A stretch of DNA of 64,000 bases from an uncultured Planctomycetaceae bacterium (GTDB lineage: Bacteria > Planctomycetota > Phycisphaerae > SM23-33), in the NCBI GenBank assembly GCA_964401835.1, contig CAYNZP010000010.1, positions 9,312-73,311 of the forward strand. The letters run 5' to 3'. Both the position numbers and the translations under genes were made by a program. This document shows positions 9,341 through 17,144 of the stretch, one piece after another. The notes below the pieces were generated by a model that made no database searches, had not been told where the DNA came from, and saw only the letters and a list, made by a program, of their open reading frames with translations. The first letter of the stretch is position 1. Every line of letters begins with the position of its first letter.

Positions 9341-9372
9341 TAAAGAAAAGTCAGCGCACACCATATGCGCTG
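9341..9372 (-). terminator. Putative intrinsic terminator/attenuator between DUF2958 and Ubl
   Basis: CAGCGCA (9352-9358) and TGCGCTG (9366-9372) form a stem, followed on the minus strand by ACTTTTCTTT. Confidence 0.5.
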
Positions 9373-9412
9373 CAGTTTTTAAACAATTTGAAATTGATGG
9401 CGGGAATCAGCT

Positions 9413-9718
9413 TTAGCGGAACAGCTTAGGGGCGATTTCTTTGAGGGGTTTGGGCTGCCAGTACAGGTCGCGTTCAATGGGCAGGCCAAGTGGGCCACGG
9501 ATTGATTCCAGCTCTTTTAAACTGAAATACCCAAGCTCTTTTTCAAAGCCGTCTACGAGGCCGAAGAATAAATCCTCGCCATCGAATTCGGTCACATACC
9601 ATGTCCATTGGCTCGTTGGAGTAAAGAACTTGACTATTGCTATGGCATCTCCACCTTTGGATTCCTGAGAATACAGGGGAGGGAGTTTCTTTCTTATTTC
9701 TTGTGTCAGTAGTTTCAT
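9413..9718 (-). CDS. DUF2958-family protein
   Basis: KFFTPTSQWTWYVTE...FFGLVDGFEKELGYFSLKELESIRGPLGLPIERDLY is typical of DUF2958. Start MKLLT has a GGAG SD. Confidence 0.85.
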   Translation of the reverse strand: MKLLTQEIRKKLPPLYSQESKGGDAIAIVKFFTPTSQWTWYVTEFDGEDLFFGLVDGFEKELGYFSLKELESIRGPLGLPIERDLYWQPKPLKEIAPKLFR

Positions 9719-9782
9719 TTGTTTTATCTCCACAAACAGGTATGGGAATTGTTCTCTAAGAATCCGACCGATTGGAACAGCT

Positions 9783-10367
9783 TCATTGCTGGCCATTGGT
9801 CAGGTCCTTGAGCTGATCAATCAACTTAGATGCATCAGAAAGACTCAGCTCGGAAGGGTTGCAGTCGCATCTGGTCTGGACTTCCTGCTCGGCCTCAAGG
9901 CCCAGCCTCTCGCAAATGGCTTTGACAGCACGCAATTGGGCCTCAGTCGCAGGTCGATTTGCTCCATTTGAGCTATTGGTAAGGCCAAGTTCTTCATCTA
10001 CAGCCATTCGGGCCATAGAAAAGAGCTTTTTGATACGTTCGTGCAGCAATTCGGCATCTTCAGCGGCCGAGCTTTCCAATTCCATCTCCACATTTACGGC
10101 TGCACCGCGCGAGCCGTAGTTGGGTTGGCCTATTTTGCGGTTTATCCCGCAGTTCAATTTAATCATGGCAGTATCTCCTTGTGATTCAAAAGGTGGGGGC
10201 TTATCGCCAATAAACACAGCGGCCAATTCGTCTTTGATCTTTTCACCTTCATCATTCGTATTGCTTTTTTGGGAATTTGGGCCTTTATGATTCAATGGCC
10301 GCTTCGCCTGGAAAGTGTTCCAAGCCCTTCTTGCAAAATAAGGATTGTGCATTGATTGATAGCGCAT
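9783..10367 (-). CDS. Hypothetical protein (strong internal start MIKLNCG at 10166)
   Basis: SD-like sequences precede both 10367 and 10166; C-terminal RPATEAQLRAV...LSLSDASKLIDQLK segment of the kind seen in mobile-element proteins. Confidence 0.7.
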   Translation of the reverse strand: MRYQSMHNPYFARRAWNTFQAKRPLNHKGPNSQKSNTNDEGEKIKDELAAVFIGDKPPPFESQGDTAMIKLNCGINRKIGQPNYGSRGAAVNVEMELESSAAEDAELLHERIKKLFSMARMAVDEELGLTNSSNGANRPATEAQLRAVKAICERLGLEAEQEVQTRCDCNPSELSLSDASKLIDQLKDLTNGQQ

Positions 10368-10396
10368 GGGATTGCTCCCTTTGTTGATGGCAGGGA

Positions 10397-10672
10397 CTAA
10401 AAAGGCGGTGTTATTAAATCTTGAATTTCATAAAGATTCAGCATCTGCCCCCAGATTTTAGCTGCATTGGTTTTGACCAGCTCGATTCGACGCCTGATGA
10501 TGGCCTTGTCTCTGTGAATCTGTGATTGTTTATTCTCGCTGTGGAGTTTGCCTGCCAGTTGAAGCTCTCCATATCTGCGAACAAGACGGAGATATTCCAG
10601 CATTTGACGTGAATACTTTTCGGATAGTTTTTTGGCTATTTCTTTCTTTGTAGGGATATTTCGTTTACTCAT
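10397..10672 (-). CDS. Hypothetical basic protein
   Basis: Co-oriented in the minus-strand gene string with short spacers. Confidence 0.55.
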   Translation of the reverse strand: MSKRNIPTKKEIAKKLSEKYSRQMLEYLRLVRRYGELQLAGKLHSENKQSQIHRDKAIIRRRIELVKTNAAKIWGQMLNLYEIQDLITPPF

Positions 10673-10689
10673 ATATTTGAGCCTTTCAT

Positions 10690-11196
10690 TTACACACCCA
10701 GGACGGCTTTTCGCTGTTTACGCTGTATCTTCAGCCACTGGGGCCAGAGCTGTGGATAACAATCGTGTAATAGACGCTTTCTCTGGCGGAATTGCTTTTC
10801 CTTGCGTTTACTTCCCGGGCCTTTAAGAAGATGCCTGTTCCATTTTTTCAGCCAGGCCAGGAGCTCCCTGCCTTCCTGCATATCCAGACTTGCAGATGTT
10901 GGGATAGGCTTTGCCTTCGGTATAAACGGCTTGGTGGCTGGTTTGGGTGAACGTCTCTTTTTAGCAGGACGGACTGTCCTCGGTGGAGCATGTCTGGTCG
11001 GGAGAATTGGGCCAAGGATTCTGGTGGCTTCATTGGCCGTCGAACACATGCCCAGCCCAAGAGGTTTAGGAGAACTTGTAATACGTAATGTTCCAACATG
11101 GCATTTTGGGTCTTGGGCGAGCTTTTCCAGCTCCAGCTTCTGGGTGAATCGAAGCTCTGTTACAACTTCATCTATAGGAATCGTTTCTGGTGGCAT
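10690..11196 (-). CDS. Hypothetical basic, Pro-rich protein
   Basis: 168-aa ORF with a GGCGGTG SD-like sequence, first gene after the structured intergenic region. Confidence 0.55.
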   Translation of the reverse strand: MPPETIPIDEVVTELRFTQKLELEKLAQDPKCHVGTLRITSSPKPLGLGMCSTANEATRILGPILPTRHAPPRTVRPAKKRRSPKPATKPFIPKAKPIPTSASLDMQEGRELLAWLKKWNRHLLKGPGSKRKEKQFRQRKRLLHDCYPQLWPQWLKIQRKQRKAVLGV

Positions 11197-11218
11197 ATTT
11201 CACCGCCTTTCAGGTTAC

Positions 11219-11254
11219 AAAAAAGGATGCGGGCAAATTTCTTCATCCACATCC
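11219..11254 (-). terminator. Intrinsic terminator at the 3' end of the candidate RNA
   Basis: Minus-strand GGATGTGG/CCGCATCC stem followed by TTTTTT. Confidence 0.65.
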
Positions 11255-11733
11255 TGGACATCTATATTAAACTCCGCCACGGTTCGCCATTTCACAAGAC
11301 CGCTCTGTCTCCAGCATCTAGATGATCGCGCTTGCCAGCGGAGTAAGGGAATCGATGCTTGATGATGGGTTATCCCTACGTCCCCAACTGTACGGGATAC
11401 AGCTAAGGAATCGCACCGGCTTGCCGTCGCTGCATTATGGTTGCCTCCACCTATGCAGCCGGATTCACGCTGAATCGCCGGAAAAGCGTTTTCTGGTCAG
11501 CCGTCTCTAAGACACGTTGCCCTAAGTGGGATTGGAATTGTACCAATAGCCGCGAGGGACGTTTCCCAGTCGTACCGCCAGGCCGAAGCACAAGGATTCA
11601 CGCTGGCAAGGTCGACCAATATAGGCAGGACCGGCCAGCTACCGTAAGCTCCACGTGGACCGCTCTTGTACGTAGCACCTTGGGCCTATGGCTTTATAGT
11701 GCTTACTGTCCACGCTTGATGCAATAAAACTAC
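11219..11733 (-). ncRNA. Candidate large structured non-coding RNA (about 500 nt)
   Basis: No convincing ORF; many stems plus long-range complementarities; G-U pairs in the flanking hairpins favour the minus strand. Not recognised as a known family. Confidence 0.6.
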
Positions 11734-11766
11734 AAAAAGCACGCAACGGCTTTCACCGCTGCGCAC
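11734..11766 (-). terminator. Intrinsic terminator after ORF 11774-12304
   Basis: Minus-strand GTGCGCAGCGG-TGAAAG-CCGTTGCGTGC followed by TTTTT. Confidence 0.7.
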
Positions 11767-11773
11767 TGGCAGG

Positions 11774-12304
11774 CTAGAATCTAACTTTCATTTTCATGCG
11801 CCTTGCTGCTGTCAAATTGAGACCCAAGAACATATGACAGGCACTGCTGAGTGAATTGGGAAAAGTATTGTTTTGGCTATCTTCACCCCATACGTCCGCT
11901 CTGTGCTCGCGGATTGTGCGGATTGCGGCCGCTAGCCTTTGATGGCCGCTGTCTGCAATAAAGGCACTGACAGCCGCTATTTCACGCTCACGGGCCTTTT
12001 TTGTGCCTTCTGATACTTCTGCGCTCGCCTCTGTAATCCATTTCTCCAATTCTTGCGACACTCTGCGGGCAAAATGCGGCTGTTCGAGAATGTCCGCAAG
12101 GTCGGTCGGTTTGAAACTGTCGAACTTCAAACCAAAAGCGGACTTGATAAGTTTTCCGAATCTCGCACTGGCTCCACCATGCTTAAGACCAAGCACGCAC
12201 GCTGTAAGCATGTCTCGCGCTTCTTTTAACTCACGTGCTCTTACATCAGGTTGATTTTGCTCCGCGCTTTGCGCACCGGTAGCATCTGCAATTTCTGTTT
12301 GCAT
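11774..12304 (-). CDS. Hypothetical protein
   Basis: 176-aa ORF with TAAGGAG SD and a downstream terminator. Confidence 0.7.
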   Translation of the reverse strand: MQTEIADATGAQSAEQNQPDVRARELKEARDMLTACVLGLKHGGASARFGKLIKSAFGLKFDSFKPTDLADILEQPHFARRVSQELEKWITEASAEVSEGTKKAREREIAAVSAFIADSGHQRLAAAIRTIREHRADVWGEDSQNNTFPNSLSSACHMFLGLNLTAARRMKMKVRF

Positions 12305-12576
12305 GGTATTACTCCTTAAAGAATGCGTTTTTATTGCACCAGCAGCTACACACTACTGGCCGTATTGCATTGATAACTTGCTTTCTGTAAAAGAAGCAAC
12401 GGGGCGGAAAAAGCTTTTGCATAGGGGGGCGGGCTTAGACATCCCAGAGAAGGTAATCGCCCTCAGCGGACTATGGGTTACTCCCAAGGCAACGAGCGGG
12501 CCAAATGAAGAGCTGATGGGGTTGGGGGGCCTAATAATTTCCCAGGCATGAATTGGTATCAAAAGATCGTTAAGTC

Positions 12577-12617
12577 AAAAAAAAATCCAGGCCCTTTTTT
12601 ATTGAGCCTTGGATTTT
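12577..12617 (-). terminator. Putative terminator after the J-domain gene
   Basis: AAAATCCA(A)GGC/GCCTGGATTTT stem followed by a long T run on the minus strand. Confidence 0.55.
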
Positions 12618-12683
12618 AACTATTTGAGGTTTTGGGCGTTCTTGTAAGTTTACTTTAATCGCCAGATGCTAAATTTTCTTAAG

Positions 12684-13418
12684 CTAAGTGAGATCTACCT
12701 CCAATAAATGCTCTACATAATCTTCCCCTGTTTGGAATACACCATTGATTATATAGCGACAGAAGTACTTTGAACGAGGTCGTAGCGGTGGGAATAAAAG
12801 AATTCCGTCAATTCTACTTTTGGGAGCAATGAAATCATTGTGTATATTATAATTCCCGTCTTCTCCTACCCAATAAAAAGAGCTATCACTGGGTGAATAT
12901 TGATAACCACGATCATCGATAAGATAGCTTATTGGGCCAGGACAAAAACATGTTACAGACTGACTGGTTTGATTAAACACAACAATAAAAAGTGCTGACT
13001 TTACGCTAGGTTGCTCATCGTCTGAAAAAGTTTGAAGGTAGTGAGAGTAATTTATTCCTCGAATTCCGATAGCTAATGAAGAACCGGCTGTATACTTACG
13101 ATCAAATACGACTAATGACGAATTTTCCTCCACGATTTCTTGAAGAGCCTGTTGTAATTCGTCATCGTTGAAAAGGATGTCCTCAATATTCTCAAAATCC
13201 ATTGGTTTAAATTGGTTTTCTTTCGGTTCTGACTGATTATTGAGAAATTCTGCGGCCTCAACAACCTCTCTAGTTAGTCGAGTGAAAATCGCAGCTTGGT
13301 CACCTGGGTGATTGTCTGGATGCAGTGCTTTCAGCAGGTTTCGCTTGGCATCTTTGACTTCAATCGCGGTGAACTCCCCTGATAAGCCGAGTACTTCTAA
13401 TGCCTTTTCAACGTCCAT
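12684..13418 (-). CDS. J-domain protein with unknown beta-rich C-terminal domain
   Basis: ALEVLGL...VKDAKRNLLKALHPD, with the HPD motif intact. Confidence 0.72.
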   Translation of the reverse strand: MDVEKALEVLGLSGEFTAIEVKDAKRNLLKALHPDNHPGDQAAIFTRLTREVVEAAEFLNNQSEPKENQFKPMDFENIEDILFNDDELQQALQEIVEENSSLVVFDRKYTAGSSLAIGIRGINYSHYLQTFSDDEQPSVKSALFIVVFNQTSQSVTCFCPGPISYLIDDRGYQYSPSDSSFYWVGEDGNYNIHNDFIAPKSRIDGILLFPPLRPRSKYFCRYIINGVFQTGEDYVEHLLEVDLT

Positions 13419-14553
13419 TTTCAATACCTTTTATAAAATCAGAATATCCAGTCGAATAAAATTTCCGTCTCCGTATAAGAGCCAAGCCTCCGAATGAAAG
13501 CATAACCAACGTTGCCGGTTCCGGAACAATCACAGGGTCATAAGCCAGCCAAATGTTGTTATCCTCACCAACATAGGATATGACTGGATTGCCTTCATAG
13601 TCGTACTCGAGGCCGACGGTGCCCGCTAGTGGCTCAATTCCTTCGAGAGAAGGGAAAGTTGGCCCCTGATATTCTAAAATATCAACTGTGGGTACTTCTA
13701 CGGCCGTCCAGTCGCTGCCATTACCGGTAAAGGCGTAATAGAGCTTTGGATTGCCCATTCCGTCATCTGAGACATAGGCCGTGCCAATCGTTCCGTTGCC
13801 ATCAGTGGCGATGGGCAATACGCCTTGGATATTTTGAGCATTAGGCAGCCCGGTTTGATTCCATAGCCCTGTACGCACATTAAAATCGCAGGCAATGCCA
13901 TTCATGCCATCGTATGCAACGAAAACTGGACTATCATGCGAATCGAAGATTAGAGCTGGTTGCTGGGGCATGTAAGGAATGCCACCGATCCCCCAGCCCT
14001 GCGTCCAACCGCCGGTAAGGCTGCTGTAGTGATAATATTCACCAGCTGTTATTACACCGACTTCACCGCTGCTCGAAACCGCCAATGAAGTATTGTTTGC
14101 ATCATAATTCTGGATTGAAGGCAGCGAATACCAGGCCCCGTTATCGCGATAGCTGATACCGCCCAAATCCGCCTTCCAGAGTCTTCCCTGGCTGTCAAAG
14201 GTCATGTAATTGGCCTGTATGGACGCCGGGCCGTATTGATTAAGGACTATGCCGCTACCGAAACTGTCCCATGCAGCAACTTCACCTGTTGAGCTGCTGG
14301 CCGCTCGAATGGTGGAAGGTTCAAGGAGAGTGTTATTTGTGATTTCATACCAGCCCGTTGGATACATGACCGCAGCCTGATCGCCTGAGAAAATGACGGG
14401 CCAGGTGTTGCCGCTTCTCATCCCCAAGGCAGAACCAGCAGGGCCATTTGCTTGGATCTCTGTATTTTGGAAATACCAAGCAAGATCAGCCATAGCATTG
14501 CAGGTTAACAGAGAAATCAGAACAACCGCCGTCAGGATCGTCTTTTTAAACAT
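13408..14553 (-). CDS. PEP-CTERM sorting-domain surface protein
   Basis: N-terminal signal peptide; VPEPATLVMLSFGGLALIRRRK sorting motif. Confidence 0.88.
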   Translation of the reverse strand: MFKKTILTAVVLISLLTCNAMADLAWYFQNTEIQANGPAGSALGMRSGNTWPVIFSGDQAAVMYPTGWYEITNNTLLEPSTIRAASSSTGEVAAWDSFGSGIVLNQYGPASIQANYMTFDSQGRLWKADLGGISYRDNGAWYSLPSIQNYDANNTSLAVSSSGEVGVITAGEYYHYSSLTGGWTQGWGIGGIPYMPQQPALIFDSHDSPVFVAYDGMNGIACDFNVRTGLWNQTGLPNAQNIQGVLPIATDGNGTIGTAYVSDDGMGNPKLYYAFTGNGSDWTAVEVPTVDILEYQGPTFPSLEGIEPLAGTVGLEYDYEGNPVISYVGEDNNIWLAYDPVIVPEPATLVMLSFGGLALIRRRKFYSTGYSDFIKGIENGR

Positions 14554-14691
14554 TTCTTACCCCTTTCTTCAATTGAGCCAAATAAGCCAAAAGTCGACAC
14601 ACGTCGACATATAGTCGTCTTGGAAAGTGCCTGAAGAAGCGTGAAGTGATCGTGTACCCCCAAATACAAAAAGGGACCGCCGATTACTATC

Positions 14692-14808
14692 TTGACGGAG
14701 AGCCTGCGACAGCTCGCACACAAGAATTCACCGACGGGTCCCATATCATTGGGACCCGCTTCGCGTTCATCATTGTGTGCATTCGTAAACGTCGCAGTTT
14801 TCCGTCAA
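14692..14808. repeat. Long imperfect inverted repeat (rod-like hairpin, 117 nt)
   Basis: Nested arms TTGACGGA/TCCGTCAA, CTGCGAC/GTCGCAG, GCACACAA/TTGTGTGC, CGGGTCCCA/TGGGACCCG. Confidence 0.8.
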
Positions 14809-15596
14809 CACAACGCTTGGCCAGGCCAAATTTCAATTGTCAACATACTATCTTACATTAGCCTAACATATCCGACAAGTGGCTTTAACGCATATATTTG
14901 GGGATGGGGGCCAAAATGTGTTTTGGGGATTGGCTAGAGCTTGGTATGCCAGCCCCTGGGGGCCAGGAACTGCTAGCCTAATGAAAGACAATACCAAACG
15001 ATGTATGCACTAATTAAAAGGCCTAGAGTGATCCATTTCCAATAACCCCAAGGTTGCTTGCTCAGAAGTATTACCCTTAATTAACATCTTCATTCTGGAT
15101 AAAATTGAAGGTTCCGCATCTTGAAAAAACCATAATGTTACGGTTAACTGTAACCGAAATTCTTTCATCACAAACACCTTTGTAATTTCAATAACTATTG
15201 ATAAATACTAGGGATAGAGCGAAATAACCTACTGGAATCCTTTATTAAATTTTAGTTCAGTGTTAGTTTGACAATAATCAGATAAGTGCTTGTAATAAAG
15301 TTGGTTAGATAATTAGGGCGGTCAGATTAGGCAATGCAAGATTGTCAATAGCGGCAATCTGCATAACCTCTTGCCATAAAGATAGTTAAGTAATATAAAG
15401 GAGGAAATGTACCTGGTCGGGAGGCAACGAACGGCTTTTAGCCGTTCATGCAACATATATAGCCCAGTATTAGGTCAATGCAGCGTCAGGAGGGAAGAAT
15501 GCTGAACTTTTATCAATTGCTTACTACTTAACTCCTTTAATCGAGCAAACCGCCTTTTTTTTTCTACGGATCTGCAAATAACAAAGTTAGCATCAT

Positions 15597-16826
15597 TTAG
15601 CTCTTTTGGGTCTTTTTCCCCCTAATTATTCGCTTGATTGAGGCGGGTTTCATTTTTAAAGAGCATCCTTCAAGATTGCCATTGTATTTGCCTTCGATTA
15701 ATTCTGCGATTCGTCCTGCAGGACATCCGTCTTTATGCCATTGCCAAATGTCTTTATTTCTTTCAGTAATATACTCGCTTCTGGTTTTAGCGTTTGTTTT
15801 TTCAGATCCGGCAATCCTTTTTTTAAGCCACTTTAAGGATTCCAAAACATTGTGAAGGTAATTTGGCATTTCGGATCCAAGGATATTTTTCCTGAGATCA
15901 TCAACCGCTTCAGGAGGGATATCGTCGAATTTTACAGGAAGAATGTTCAATTGAGCGTTTCTTGGTCGCCCAACGAGATAAATTTGAATCAAGGACAAAG
16001 CATTATTTGATGCCTTGTTATTGGTGCTTAAAAACCCATCTCTTATTTTGTTAAATTTTTTAATTGGTATTTCCAAGGGGCAATTATTACCCAACCTGTT
16101 TGCCAATTCATCAATTGTAATAATCATCAATGCCAGGCGGTTAATTGCCTCTGAAATTACAAAATCTCCTAAAATTGGAAATGGAATCCCCCTTACGAGC
16201 CGTTTCTTTTCGGTAACAAGATATTGTTCTAATACTGAATTTTTGCTGAACAGAAATTCTGGTTCCAGCAAAGGACGTTTCATGACATTCAAAAAGAGAT
16301 ATCCCAAAGAAAACCAAGGGATCGTAGGGGAACTCTGCCATGATCGTACGAACGACATATTATTACGATTACCAACAGATTTTAATTCTCGAACTAGCTT
16401 ACCTTCGTATTTCTGTAACGCTTTCAGTAAAGAAAGATCAGGATTTGATCCACCTCCAATGCCATTTTGGTTTGAAGGGTACTTCTTTTCCCATTCTTTT
16501 ATTAAGGATGCAAATGTTCTGTCGGTTTCGTCAGGAACAGAGCTATTATTTTTTCTTCCTTTATTCTGTTTCAAAATAGCTTCGAGCGTTTTGGGAAGGA
16601 TATTCTTCCATAAATCTTGTATTGGTCCATTTGGTTGATTCACATCTTCCCAGCTTTGTTTGGCGTAACCTTTTAAAACTTTAAGGTTCTCAGAATCCTC
16701 TAAGATATTGGAAATGGTAAGGGCTATATTCTGTGGTCCATCAAACAGCCAAGCTATTGCTGCTTTTTGTGTTTTTTGCTTTGGAAAAGAATGAATTGCT
16801 TTATCAATCGAAGCAGATCCAACCAT
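15597..16826 (-). CDS. Hypothetical AT-rich protein with probable C-terminal HTH
   Basis: 409-aa ORF with GGGAG SD; C-terminal ERNKDIWQWHKDGCPAGRIAELI...SIKRII; divergent from the replication gene. Confidence 0.65.
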   Translation of the reverse strand: MVGSASIDKAIHSFPKQKTQKAAIAWLFDGPQNIALTISNILEDSENLKVLKGYAKQSWEDVNQPNGPIQDLWKNILPKTLEAILKQNKGRKNNSSVPDETDRTFASLIKEWEKKYPSNQNGIGGGSNPDLSLLKALQKYEGKLVRELKSVGNRNNMSFVRSWQSSPTIPWFSLGYLFLNVMKRPLLEPEFLFSKNSVLEQYLVTEKKRLVRGIPFPILGDFVISEAINRLALMIITIDELANRLGNNCPLEIPIKKFNKIRDGFLSTNNKASNNALSLIQIYLVGRPRNAQLNILPVKFDDIPPEAVDDLRKNILGSEMPNYLHNVLESLKWLKKRIAGSEKTNAKTRSEYITERNKDIWQWHKDGCPAGRIAELIEGKYNGNLEGCSLKMKPASIKRIIRGKKTQKS

Positions 16827-16931
16827 ATTATTAAACTCCCACTTTCCTAAAACCTACCTTTATAAGTTTCCGATATGAACTAACTTGTATCCACGCAAGG
16901 CCTATCTGTCAAAAAAAAGCGAATCCACAAA

Positions 16932-17064
16932 GCGGATAAATATTAGTCAAATTATTTTTTCATCCGCCCTAAATTTTTTGCAGCGTTAAGCCTTTTTTAA
17001 AAAAAGGTTAAGCCAAGAAGCAAAAAATATTGCGGATAAATGGCCGGATTATACCCGGATAAAC
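16932..17064. promoter_or_regulatory. CGGATAAA-type repeats upstream of the replication gene (operator or iteron-like)
   Basis: GCGGATAAAT at 16932 and 17032, CCGGATTATA at 17044, CCGGATAAAC at 17055, in an AT-rich context. Confidence 0.5.
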
Positions 17065-17144
17065 CGTCCCTTACGATCCGTGGGTAAGATAGTTGCAACA
17101 AGCATGATGTTAGAAACTTTTATATTAATTCGGAAAGGAGAAAA

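Noticed and set aside
11322-11727. Short plus-strand ORFs 11322-11510 and 11437-11727
   Set aside because: They are antisense to the gene string, have no clear SD or recognisable motifs, and overlap the dense stem region.
11734-11770. GTGCG and GCGGTGAAAGCCG on the minus strand resemble a group II intron 5' end or domain V
   Set aside because: Both lie in one hairpin followed by a T tract. There is no domain V/VI at the far end and no reverse transcriptase, so a terminator fits better.
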